Shown piece after piece: positions 1 through 12,293 of a DNA stretch of 64,000 nt. This stretch comes from Utricularia gibba (lineage: Eukaryota; Plantae; Magnoliophyta). The notes under the pieces were generated by a model that saw nothing but the letters and a program-made list of their open reading frames with translations, did no database searches and was not told the origin of the DNA. The stretch covers positions 5,394,001 through 5,458,000 of the forward strand of contig NEEC01000002.1 of assembly GCA_002189035.1 (NCBI GenBank), given 5' to 3'. Position 1 is the stretch's first letter. Each line of letters starts with the position of its first letter. Both the position numbers and the translations under genes were made by a program.

Positions 1-419
1 ATAAAAAAATATGTACAAATAACAAAAATAAAATTTATATAATAAAATAAAATACTTATCAATATAAATTTTAATTTGAACGATTTAATCTTAAATTAAC
101 ACATGATATTATATAATAAATAAGTAGAAAATGACACTTAACACCCTAACTTGTAGACAGCTACTGTAGTCATTATCGTTTCTTTTATGCTGCACATCTT
201 CTAAGTAACCCCTTGCATGAAATCCTTGTCTTCTCTTCTGATTTTTGGAACTTAATGCTGGACTCAAAAAGGATTAATAACATGGAATGTGCTAAATCAA
301 AGGATTTAGCCCATTTGTACACATAATTCATATATTTCCTAAATTTTGAAGAAATATTTAAAATTATAAAATAAAAAACTAAAATATACTTATAGTTATA
401 ATTTTAATATCATGAAATT

Positions 420-904
420 AGAAAAATTCGTGTGTTATCAGCAATTCAAAGATATTCATCGTAAGCATCTGTGCGATACTTATATGCCATCATTTGCATT
501 ATGGCAATACATTTTTGCATTATTGTTAAGGAAACATGACAAATTGCATCTGGTTTCTATTATAGATGTGGAATTGATTTGACAAGACTAGACATAATAT
601 GCTTGAAAAAACTACGACACATTCTGAAACGTCGACAGAATATCTGATCATTGCATATGGCATTGATTGAGAAATAGTCGGTCACTAGGCAAGTGTTTCC
701 AAACTTACGACTGAGATCAATGTATTCACATTTTCCTCTATTTCTTTGGGGTTGATTTGGCTCATCTTCAAATATATATTCAACGATAGCTTCAATTGCA
801 TTAATAACTACACCACTATTATGATGCATAATAATTGCAAAATTCCATGGATTAAAATGCGCATTTTGAAAAGAAACATGCTCTTGATTATTGTGATAAT
901 CCAT
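420..904 (-). pseudogene. Harbinger/Pong DDE transposase N-terminal fragment
   Basis: ORF 560-904 contains LVTDYF...FCRRFRMCRSFF (family motif L..DYF...FRRRFRM.R.LF). It continues below 560 as KPDA...QKCIAIMQMMAYKYRTDAYDEYL*, with stops. Confidence 0.85.
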
Positions 905-1811
905 TGAATTGACAAACGAATTCTTTATATGATTGAGATGCGCTTAATGTAATAGATTGGTAGTTGTGAGATATGATTGTTAAGTTACCATGTTAGTTGT
1001 GAGATATTGTTACCGTAATAGATTGATGGTTGTGAAATATAATTAGTATGGTAAACTGATAGTTATACATTATGGTTGGTATGGAAGATTGGCAGTTGTG
1101 AAATGTGGTTATTGAGGTAGATTTAATAAATTAAATAATTTATTTAATGTGATATAATAAGCTAACCAACTTAAATTATCATATTAAACAAAATTAAAGT
1201 TATATAGTTCATAAAAGTTCAAACATTTCAAAATAAACAATACGAAAGATCAACAATTATTATTCAAATCCCTATGTGCTTTTTGAAAATTGGCTGAGGA
1301 AGTGAATTTGATTGAATATTCATACCAAATAATGCACAATTGCATGTCTCACTATATAGCATTTTTTGAAAGTCATTCATCTTCGACAAATTCTTTTCGA
1401 TCAGCAACTTCAACTCATTTGTAGAGTTCATTGCAATTTATATATTCTTTAGTATAATATGTTGATGGTATAGTGCACTGTTTTATACTTTCTATCCTAT
1501 ACTTATTTAATTTATCAGTTGTTATTTTACAACATCTTTTTTTCTCTTGAGAAATCCCAATAGAAGTACTACCTTGAAGTCATAGTTCCTTAGTATTCTT
1601 CTGTTCAATAAGACGTTGTATAGTTGGAATCTCTAAATTCACTTGTTTCATCACATTTTGAGCTATAATAGGTTGGATAAATGATGACTCATATGTGGTG
1701 CTAACTTTTTTTTTCTTCTTACTTCCATTGTCAACATCCTATTTTCATACAAAATAGTGAGTTAGTAAAAAAATACAATAACATGTAAATAGTAATAGAT
1801 TTTATTATCAT

Positions 1812-2140
1812 CTATTTTGACTGATCTGACAATATTTTCCAAACTTCAAAGTATGTAAAATGTTTACAAAGTTCTTCCTTACATAACTTTAATATCATAT
1901 CAATCAAGTCGTAGTTATTGTAAACTTGGGATCATGTCATGAAATCTTATTATACATTCTAGAAAAAATTTGCATATTAGTACTTAAACCATTTCTTCCT
2001 TCAAGATTCAGGCCCACGAACTTTTCCATTTGTTCCATTAGACTTGATTGTATCACAATAAAAAGAGCCGAAAACTTCCCAAAATGATTGTCATTTGGAA
2101 ATAACTGGTAATGGGATCAATTGAAATATTTAACCAAACT
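1812..2140 (-). pseudogene. Pong-type ORF1 (Myb-like/NAM-associated) remnant
   Basis: Manual translation gives VWLNISIDPI...(frameshift)QSFWE and YFEVWKILSDQSK*, matching WL.IS.DP..G..Q...FW and F..W.IL...KW motifs. Confidence 0.7.
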
Positions 2141-3247
2141 GTTTAGACATTAACTTTTTTATTTATTCATGTTGTTATTGAAGCCATATTAATCTAAAAA
2201 TATAAAATATATATGTAGATAAATACATTTAACATAAATACTATAAAACCATATAAAATATATTGAAATGATTCGAAAAAATAAGCAATTTTTTTCAAAA
2301 ATATATACAATAAGAAAATTATATAAGATGCTAAAAAAATATAATTTTATACCATGATATATAACATAGTTATCCTATAAAAAATTATAATTTAAAGCTA
2401 TAAAATATCACCAAGTACTAATTATTCCAAAATATCAAGCAAAAAAGTTAGAATGTTTAGAAATTTTCAAAGCCTCAACTAGTACAATTAATGTGAAAGA
2501 TGGAATAGAAACTTTAAGAACTTGCTAAAATGCAAAAATTCTACCTTAGGAAGTAGGGTTTTAAGAACTTTAATGTAACAAATCTATTACGCAAGAAAAC
2601 CTCGAAAGATGAAAGTGATTCTTAGGAAGTAGGGTTTTATAAAATATGTTACAATAAAAAAATAAATAATATATAAATATTTTTTATTCGCGGAGAGAAA
2701 TTGACCATGAACGGAATTTTTCAGACAAAAGTGTATGACACATTGTTATTCAAAAGTAGTTATTCATTTCCACCTAACCATGTGAAAGCCACATTTACAC
2801 AATAGATGCCCTTATATTGTGTTGTAGGTCAGAGAAGTCCTTGCTACAAATAATTCGATTTTAGTTGATTTTTTTGTTTGTGTTGCTTATTATTGTGAAG
2901 AAGAAGAAAAAAATACAATGTTTGATGATTAAGAAAAGAAGAAAATGAAAAATATTGCAACACTAGAGAAATAATTTCACATAAAATATGAAAATGAAAG
3001 TGAATACCTTTACAAAATATATACAAGTGGTTTTGAAGTCATATTAGACTCAACTTTGTAGAAAAGCTTCGAGTTCTAAATTAGCTATGAATAAAATTTC
3101 TATAAAAGTAATGATGAAGAATGAATGAGTAGCAAATATAGAGATAGTTTCATGAAGTGTAGTGAGAGCTTGAAGACAACAAGCATTAGGAGGCCAAGTC
3201 ATGTTTTTTTGGATCTCTCTCTCTCCAAAGCTTTTTTCCCATTTATA

Positions 3248-3843
3248 TGTTGAAATTAAGGATTCAATGGATCAAATGAATACACATAAATCCAAGTATA
3301 CAAGAAACATAAATTATATTAGAAAAGATTTAGGTAAACCAATTACTTGTGTTTTATAATTTCTCATACATTTGACTATTTTACTTTCAAGTTCCGATGT
3401 AATATTGTTTGTTCTAATATCCATCCTCAACTTGAACTAATATTCAATCCGGTTAGACTTGTTTTTTGTAATTTTAGCTAATATTTGGATCATAGATCAA
3501 TCTAATTTTTTATCATCTAAATCCAATGCATTTTCTTGTCTTTTTTAATCAGAACCCAGACCAATACAAAACCCATATTGACCTCTCAAACCATTCCATC
3601 AGGCAATGCTTTGATATCATGTTGGAATTAAGGATCCGAAGAGTTGAGCGAGTACACATAAATCCAAATACACAAGAAACGTATATCACAATAAAAAAGA
3701 TTAGGCTCAATCAATTACTTGTGATTTATAATTTCTTATGTGACTATTTCAATTTCAAGTCTGAATATATGATTGCTTGTTCTAATATCCGTACTCAAGT
3801 CAAATTGGTCTTCGTTCCGATTAAGACTTGTTTTTATGTGTCA
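3248..3843 (-). mobile_element. TRIM-like miniature LTR retroelement (degenerate)
   Basis: Two ~215 bp direct repeats (3248-3466, 3620-3835) both end ...AACA on minus. The minus 5' repeat is immediately followed by TGATATCAAAGC (3608-3619), 10/12 to the tRNA-iMet PBS TGGTATCAGAGC. The internal region is ~150 bp and non-coding. No clear TSD or PPT. Confidence 0.55.
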
Positions 3844-4214
3844 TGTGTGGTTGTTGCACCAGTTCCATTATTCCTTTACACTGTCACCTACCACCTTTGC
3901 AAAGGGCCAACATCGGCCACCGTTGAGAGTTCTCTCCCCTTCACATCCCTTCCTTTTCTACAATTTCAAAGATACAAGTAGAAAATGACAAGGAAAATTT
4001 TCTCCCTTTAGCATGATTACAATGTCCAACAACCTTGTTTACTGCCATTGGTTAAGAGTGGAATGACCATTAGGGCTTCTTGGGGACTCATCCATGCTAA
4101 AGGTTGCAACAAGCTCTATAGTTGAGCACTCACCTTTGGTTGTTGCTCGAAGAACCCCTTACTGCTTGTTGTATGTGATCCAAGCACTTCATGCTTGATC
4201 TGCAGTACACCAAC

Positions 4215-5396
4215 TGATAACACCGTTTTTATAGTGTTTTATATATGTTTTTAAGTGTGTTTTATAGGGTTAAATGTTGCTTAGGGTGCCAAAATGTCTT
4301 CTTTTGCGTATTTAGACTGTTGAAATATGTTAATTGTGAAAACATGCTCAATTGTTGCCAATTGAGCCGAAAACTCTAATATTTTGTCTAGTCTATGTTT
4401 TAAGTCTTACCAAGGAAAGAGCTAGTACCGTAGTAGCGCACTTTCCACGTTGACATGTCAGAAGGGACAGAAAAGTTGTTCAAAAGTCACTTTCCGCCGA
4501 AAGCAGCCGCCCTTCTGAAGAGATAAGATATAGAGCAGGGATCTCCCTTCTAGAAGTCAGAGGAAAAAAGACCAAGCTGCCCTTACTTTTGAGCAGCAAA
4601 AGGGAAAATGGAAGGGAGAGAAAGGAGGGAGTACACTGTGCACGCAGAGTGCACAGACAGCGAACAGGAACGAGCGGGAACGAGGAGAACATCGTTTCTC
4701 TGGCGACCTCCAGATCTGCGTGTCTACACCACCGTTCCGGCCAGAACTTCGATTTCCAACAGATCTCCAACCCATAGAAGCATCCTGCAACTTTTATTTA
4801 TAGATTTATGCACTCCCTTTTCTGCGTGAACTTGCTACTGTTATTGTCGTTGTTTTTATGCTTTCTGTTGTGTTTCGGTACCCTGTTGTGAACGAGAAAC
4901 TAGTTGTAGACCTTGTTTTAGCTTATGAATATGCTGCTATTTACCCTTTTTGTGCTTAGCCTTAAGTTTAACGCAATTTACTGTTCCTATGAACCATGCT
5001 CAGTTTATGCAAACCATTACTCTGTTTTTCAGCACTCCAAAGCTAGGTTTAAGTCTATAGCTCTCTTGAGTGACACAAGAGCTAGACCCTGATGTAAAAC
5101 CCAGCCAAATTACTTTTATTTTATGTTTTCTGCACCTTTACGTCAATTTCAATCTCTTTTCACCACTACAACTCATTTATTCCAGTTACTATTATTTTAG
5201 ATCTTACCTGCGTTAGAACTAAACTCCAGAAAACCCCCCTGTTTCCAGTAAATGTGTTAAACTTCAGAAAATTACAACCATTCCCTGTGGATTCGACATT
5301 TTCTTGCCACACTACTAATTCTTGTGATTTGTGTAGTAGATTAGCTTGGTTTATAAATTTCTTTTGATGTGTTGAATGTGTTAAATCGCGACATTA
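4215..5396 (+). mobile_element. Solo LTR, Ty3/gypsy (Athila/Tat-like), ~1.18 kb
   Basis: Starts TGATAAC and ends ...GACATTA (decayed ATCA). Contains CCCTGTGGATTCGAC near the 3' end, as I recall from Athila-type LTRs. No PBS or internal domains. Flanks accaac/agcaac match 5/6. Confidence 0.7.
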
Positions 5397-7308
5397 AGCA
5401 ACCTCATTTCCAACGTTCATCACCAACTACTAAATAATTATATATTTGACCTAAAAATTATGAATTTGAAGTATAACGAACCCAAAAAATTTTATAACAG
5501 GGCATAACGGGCGCATACAATTTCGTAAATAGGCATATTTGACCTACAAAGTTTTATTACTGTAGAATACACCCATTTAATAATGACAAATTTGACCTGA
5601 TGAAATTTCAATTTTGGCATATTTGACCCACATAATTTACTGGTTCGATATATTTGATCCACACAATTAAGCCTGGTTTAATAATATTATTATTATAATA
5701 ATTATTAAAAAAATCAAAATTTTTATATTTGAAAATTTCCCCAAATTGATTAACAAGTGAGTTGAACGAATTTCCTTAAGAATTAACATAAATCGTTCAT
5801 TCCCCTAGCTCCAACATTTTTCCCTTCTGGTACTAGGTGAATTTCGTGCGGAATCTTTTCCGGCTACCGGAGCTGAATAGTGCTACGCGGCAGAGTTGCA
5901 GGGGGTGGAAGCTAGGGTGCTATTTTCTGGCAGTGCACTCGATAAGCCATGGTTGAGGACCATAAGGGTATGGGTCGTAGATGGGTAGTAGGAGGATCAA
6001 ATCAGCGGAGGCAATGGTGAATTTACGAGGCTCCCACTGCCTTTTCTTGAAGCACTTTTCCTTTCAGTGAAGTATTTAGACCCCCTTCAACGTCAATGGA
6101 CTGTTAGTTGAAGGTCAACTTGTAAGTGAAGGAAGGAACAACAGGTTGTTAAGGTTTCAATGGAGTTGAACCTGCACCCAAACCTGAGAAGGGACTGAAG
6201 AAAGCCTATAATGGTACTATGGTAGGAGGAAGAACATTAAAGAATATAGCAGGTAGCGGAGAGGGATAATTGGGAAAGACAACAAACATATTTATTTTTT
6301 AGAGAGTTTATCTTATGGGTATCACTATTATTCATTTCATAGTTTATGTTGTCTCTCTCTTGTAATTAATAATCTGTTGACTTTGCATGACACCATTTAA
6401 TATGAACTGCTAATATCCATTGAATGTTCATCTTAGTTCAATTTTATTGGAGTTCTTGAAAGTTTGCATTCAGGTTTATATTGTGCTTTTAATCTTCAGT
6501 TTTCATATCGCAGTTATTGAAAGTTTACATTTAGGTTTCCTATCCTCTTCGCATGTATGGATATCTGGATTATATGCATTTAATCTTCAGTTTTATGGGG
6601 TCAAATGCAATGAAATGGTGTTTTTGACTTCTTGATGATTCATTAAGAACTGGAAAAAGATTTTTTTTTTCTATAATCACAACCAGCCTATGATGCAAAT
6701 ACTATTATGGATTGAGTTTTGCATTGGTTTTAGATAAAAAAAAAAAATGTAACATGTTCTTCTATAAGATGTTGCACATTATAAGATTATTAAAACATGT
6801 GCTTTTTACTTGTAATTTTTTATGGATTAGTGTTATTTATTTTCTAGGATTATATGCTCTTTGTATTATGCTATCACTAAGGGAGCCTTATGTTCTTTTT
6901 ATGCATGCTTTTAAAGATTTTCCATATGACTTCTGTTATATTTCATGTTAGTCCCATCAAAATAATGGGTGTCAATTGTCCTCGTCAATCTTATTATTGA
7001 TTTCTTAGTTGATTTATTTGAAGATATGTATACTTACACGAAGTATGAAAGCGACTTCGAATTAGACTACGGGAGTGAAGACGAAGACTATGAAATTCTT
7101 GACGACCAATTCCCCCTCTAGAATGATGATTATGGACTATCTTTGCAAGTTCCCGTATCCGAAGGAGTACAGTCGGAAGCTTCTCGTAATGAAACGAGTG
7201 AAGGGCTTTTGAACATTGTCAGAATGGAAAGTGTTCGAATACAAGAACTTGTGTAAGTATAATTTGTTATGATTATATTGTATTATTATTGTCTTTAGTA
7301 TTTAAATT

Positions 7309-8600
7309 GGGAAAAGGATAATCTTTGAATCGAAAGCCGACGCTAAATATGCACTTGAAGAATATTGCGTGCGGAAAGTTTATTTTTGTCCTAAGGTATG
7401 TATTTTTGAAGTATTTTTTATATATATTTTTGGATTTGTTTTTAATTTTGTAGTATTTTTTCTTACATATTTTTGATTGATTTATTACTGAACATTGTAT
7501 GTTAGAGGTGTATCTTATTTATTATATAATAATAATTTAGTATTTAAGTATAGTTTGTTTATTGGATTATGTGATAATATTTAGTTTTATTATAAGAATT
7601 AATGTTATATATGTTTTATTTTTTAGTATGAATACTTTATATTCTATTATTATGTTTATTATAAGAATTAATGTTATAATTTTTGTATTTTTTAGTATGA
7701 ATATTTTATATTCTATTGTTATATTTATTATAAGAATTGATGTGATATGTAGAGTATTTTTTAGTATGAATATTTTGTATTCTATTATTAGTTTTATTAT
7801 AAGAATTGATATTATATTTATCATATTTTTTATTATGAATATTTTATATTCTATTGTTATGTTTATTATAAGAACTGATGTTATATTTATTGTATTTTTT
7901 AGTATTAATATTTTATATTATATTGTTATGTTTATTATAAGAATTGATGTTATATTTGTTGAATTTTTTAGTAAATATTTTATATTCTATTGTTAGTTTT
8001 AGTATAACTATTGATATTATATTTATTGTATTTTTTCGTATGAATATTTTATATTGTATTGTTATTTTTATTATAATTATTGTTATTATATTTATTATAT
8101 TTTTTGTATGAATATTTTGTATTATATTATTAGTTTTATTATAAGACTTGATATTATATTTGTTATATTTTTTTACTATGAATATTTTATATTTTATTAT
8201 GTATTTTGTAATTTTTTTATTGTTTGTTTAGATATATCTTGCAAACATGCGACCGTTGCTATTATTTTGGAGATGTGTACTTTGGTCGAATACACGGACT
8301 CTAGATATACATATATGGTCTATCAAAGAATGTATGACGATGACGTGTTCAAGTTTTTGGGAACTGAAGAATGGCCTTGTATGGTTGATTTACCACTACT
8401 TCCACCTAAGTGGAAGCATAGGAAACGTGGCCAGTCATCTACTTCACAAAAGCGCAGATCCTCCAAATTTTGTCCATCACACTCTTTTTTGTATGGATTG
8501 GTTTTGGATTTATGGTCGATTGAATATAAATTGTAGGTTGGTATCATGTTCTACATGTGTCAAGAAAGACCATAAGACAAAAGATTGCAAAGAGGATGAA
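7309..8600 (+). pseudogene. mudrA-like transposase remnant: MuDR N-terminal domain, SWIM finger and zinc knuckle; DDE core not seen
   Basis: GKRIIFESKADAKYALEEYCVRK (7309-7380); SCKHATVAI...EYTDSRYT...YQRMY...EEWP...LPP..KHRKRGQ (8235-8440); CSTCVKKDHKTKDC (about 8545-8590). Confidence 0.85.
7560..8215. repeat. AT-rich 69-bp tandem array, ~9-10 copies
   Basis: Unit anchors at 7628, 7697, 7766, 7835, 7904 are exactly 69 bp apart. Later copies are slightly degenerate. Confidence 0.95.
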
Positions 8601-9089
8601 TTAAATATAGATAGGGCTCAACGAATGAAACTCTCATGTCACTAGAGCCATGTACGGCCAACATGAAAGCTACTGATTATTGTAGTTAGATGGGCAATGA
8701 GGATGTTGGTGAGAAGTTCTCACCAAAGCCTCCAAACTGCATCAAGAAATATCTCTAAAGATGGTACTAACAAGTGTGGTGTACAACATGCCACATGATC
8801 AAACTAACAACAAAGGAATTATCTTCAATAGTTGCGTGAATATGTGGGTGGAAGTCAGCAGCAACTCGGATGCTTCCGAGTTTCAACCAGTTTCCGAGAA
8901 ATAAACGAGTTGATGGATGGTGTACTAGACGACATCATTTAATTTTATTCATGATCATTGTTTTTATCTGTAGGAAAATAGTGGTATTGCAGCCACCGGG
9001 TTGTCTAACGAATGTTGCATTCATCCACAACCTATGGATGCAACATGCCATGGAGAAAAAGTTTGACTTGGAAATGATTGAAAAGTGGT

Positions 9090-9660
9090 GTGTGAGGTAC
9101 AATTCATGCAACACTTGTTACATCATTTTGCCAATTAACATGAAGTTTTTCTATACATATATATTCTTTATTTGCTATTAGAATATATGTTACTTTGAAT
9201 TGTCTCTATGTCTCGTAGTGGTTACTACACCTTTGCCATATTGGGCAATCTTGGAGAGAAATACCAACAATGTATCTTCGTCTTGGATTCGATGCATAGC
9301 ATGTCAACTCATATACCAAGTAACCGTCGAAAGTAAGTTATGTGTTTTAATACCTTGTGCTATATTGTATTTTATTATTAATCTCTATTAATTTTTTTGT
9401 TATGCATGATCTATAAATTAGTGCACTTCATTTTTAAAGTGAATGGTTGGGATGATGATTGTGTGAAGGAGCTTGAGTTGTCTATTTTTTAGAGGGGGTA
9501 GTATAACTTTGTTGATATTATTTTTTTCCTTATTTTAACGTTGATCAATATATCAGTCTCTAAACAAAATGGTGCAATTGAGTGTGGGATTTATGTGTTA
9601 TACTATGTGTATCTCTTCTTCCAACAAACTCCAAATTTTTACACTATCGAAACACACCCC
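9090..9660 (+). pseudogene. Ulp1/peptidase C48 (SUMO protease-like) remnant inside the MULE
   Basis: Fragments CYIILPINM, YYTFAILGNLGEKYQQCIFVLDSM and KQNGAIECGIYVLYY match HWSL.I...GE...CILHLDS and Q.N..DCG.FVL.Y motifs, in the correct order and separated by introns. Confidence 0.75.
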
Positions 9661-10425
9661 TTATTTGTAAGTAATTTTCAAAATTTGCTGCTTATTTTAT
9701 TAGTAGGTATTAAGTACTATAATGTTTCTATAGATGGTACGAGATTGGTTCGTTGAAGAATATGTTTGTGAATTTTCAAAGTTGATGAAGATTCCTCATC
9801 AATCTAGGAGTGGCCGAGTAAGCAAATCTTCCAAAAAAATATAGACATTGAACTTGTTTGTTGATATGAGTTTGTAGACTTTGTTATTTGTCTTTGACAT
9901 TATTTATGTATTATATTTGTTTCTTTAAATTTTTAAACAAACATCATACGAAAATCATAATATACATTGATTTCTGTATTTTTGAACATTAATTTATTTG
10001 AATACTTATTACTATCATTCTAATTACATTTAATAAAAAAATAAATACAATTATGTAGAAGGGCACATAAAATATTACACGAGATACACGCCCCTATAGA
10101 GGGTGACACACGAGCATGCAAGGTGGCATACGAGCGTGGGTTACACATGTGGAGGGTGGCATACGGGTGTGGGTTATGGTGACCCACATCCGAGTACGAC
10201 AACCCACGCCCGTATGCCACCCTCCACACGGGCATGGGTTATGGCATATGTCACAACATGTGGAGTATGACATATTTTTTTAAGTTGTTATTTGATATGT
10301 TTGGGGTACTCAAACTTAAGAATTTCATAAAAAAAATAATCTAATAATTTTTTTATTATCAAAAAACACTCTATCTTTATGACTTTTATAGATAGAATGT
10401 AATTTTTTATTGAATTATTTTTTAT

Positions 10426-10620
10426 TCATAAAATAATGAATTCAATACTTATGTATTTTAAGGAAATAGTGTATTATTTTATTTATTAAAAAAATAATGC
10501 ACTCAATCCTTATGTATTTTAAGAAAAGAATGTGTGATTTTATTTATTATTTTTTACTCATAAAATAATGCATTCGATCCTTATATGTTAAGTAAAGAAT
10601 GTATTATTTTATTTATTAAA
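10426..10620. repeat. Imperfect ~60-70 bp tandem repeat, 3 copies
   Basis: Recurring AAAATAATG(A/C)A(T/C)TC(A/G)AT(A/C)CTTAT...TGTATTATTTTATTTATT units. Confidence 0.75.
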
Positions 10621-12115
10621 ATAATAATAATCGAATGATATACATGTGATACTGTCACGTTTAGATTTTTACATTAAAATTTTTAAAAAAATCAGTATAA
10701 TGTTCACATTTTTGCTCTCAAAATGATGCACATGTGTACCATTTTTTCTCTCAAAATTAAAAGTATATTTAATATTAGTGTAAACAAAAGATAAATTTAA
10801 AATAATATATTCATTCATCTTATATACATATATTCTTCTGAATAACATATATTATTAGTATGTTTTTTATATAATCAATTTTGTAAATAAAGCTATTCAA
10901 TATTATAATATTTTTAATATTTAGTTATAAAATTTATTTAATTTGTTATCATTTGTATAATATAATTTGTGTCAAATAAAAATCCAAGATTGAAAACCTT
11001 AGCCCACATCCAAGATTTTTTTAAAATATATAACCCGACAGGTCAAATCCATGTATCCATCGAGGTTGACCTGACTCGTAACCATTTGAAACAGATACGA
11101 ATCACAAGTTTGACTCATAGTGGGTCGAACCGATAGATATTCACATTGATTGTTATGCCTACGTGTACAAGTCACTTCGACCAACATTTATTTCAAAAAG
11201 AATTCAATTTTTTAAAAAATTTTGATAAACTTTATAGGTTAATTATACCAATTCGATAAACTTATTGGATTAATAATGTTAATTTGTCACACTTTATGGG
11301 TTAAATATGTAGATTTAACAAATTTCAAGGGTCAACAATGTTAATTTATTAAATTGTAAGGATCAAATTGTCAAATTATTGGATTGAATATACCAACTGA
11401 ACACTATATATGTGACCAACAGTAAATTTATTGGGTCAAACGCACTCCATTGTAAAGTTTTATGACTTTTCGTTGGGTCAAATATATACTGCTATAATAT
11501 TTTGTAGGTCAAAAATATCAAAACTAAATTTTTATGGGCCAAATATATTATGCAATAAAGTTTTTACAAGTCAAATATGTCATTATGTAAATATTTTGGA
11601 TCACATATGCTAAACGTATACCAATTCAGGTCAAATATGTCAAATCGATCATTTTATTATGAGTCAAAAATACAAAAAAAATCAAAATTTAAGGTGATGC
11701 CATCATCCCCACCAACTACCTCTCCTGAACATTTTGTATCTAAGTATTGTCTTCTAAGTTACTTCCTTCTAATCCCTTCGCTAAATCGATCCTACTTTTG
11801 AGCAGTGTCTTTTCGAGTGCTTGGCATCGTAAGGCTTTCTTGCTTGGGTGATGGTCTACCCACATACTTTCCCTTTGTGATTCTTCTTTTAAACACTTAG
11901 CATCTTGGGAGCTATTTATCTAGACGTGACTATCCAACTGTTGCTTTTACAAATGTCTCTCTTAAGCATTTTGTTGCTAGCCTCTCCTCTGACCTTGGAC
12001 TTTCCCAATTGGATCTTCCCTTGTTTGAGCACTTTTTTCTTGAAAATTTCATTTGTATCATATATTATGGTAAATATATTTAAAATAGATAGTTTATAGT
12101 AATTAGTAGTAAAAT

Positions 12116-12293
12116 CTGTGTTTTCAAAGCCGCGAGTTAACTAGCGGTTGAAATCGATTGACCAGTTTTTAACAAGTTTCCAATTAACCGGATGAGGGAT
12201 TTCCAGTTTTGTAAAATATGTTATTTCCATAGTTATCATTATTGCGACCCACATTTTGTTTAAACTGATCAAAACCGGATTTTGAAAACATAT
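12116..12293. mobile_element. Degenerate hAT-type MITE
   Basis: Inverted termini TGTTTTCAAA ... TTTGAAAACA with internal ACCGG motifs; no TSD found. Confidence 0.4.

Larger units (their letters stand above)
1..2811 (-). mobile_element. Decayed Pong-like PIF/Harbinger DNA transposon (left end not seen, probably outside the window)
   Basis: Minus strand carries ORF1 remnants upstream of DDE transposase remnants in the same orientation. The right end reads TAA|GGGCATCTATTG on minus (plus ...caatagatgccc|tta, 2811|2812), resembling a GGGCATCTCCAA-type TIR with a TTA/TAA target site. Confidence 0.75.
5431..11709 (+). mobile_element. Mutator-like element (MULE) deletion derivative carrying a Ulp1 protease remnant
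   Basis: 10-bp direct repeat CACCAACTAC at 5421-5430 and 11710-11719 (TSD). Long TIRs are built from ~30-bp-spaced ATATTTGACC motifs (5440-5665) and inverted GGTCAAATAT motifs (11200-11690). Internal MuDR, SWIM, CCHC and Ulp1 remnants. Confidence 0.85.

Noticed and set aside
4480-4829. Cluster of four overlapping ORFs
   Set aside because: They lie inside the solo LTR and show no recognisable domain.
5720-6300. GC-richer segment after the left MULE TIR as a Pack-MULE captured gene fragment
   Set aside because: Six-frame reading gave no recognisable protein; it cannot be supported without a database search.
7562-8215. Hydrophobic 144-aa and overlapping ORFs; possible membrane protein or CRISPR-like array
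   Set aside because: They are translations of a 69-bp AT-rich tandem repeat. There are no unique spacers or cas genes, and the context is eukaryotic.
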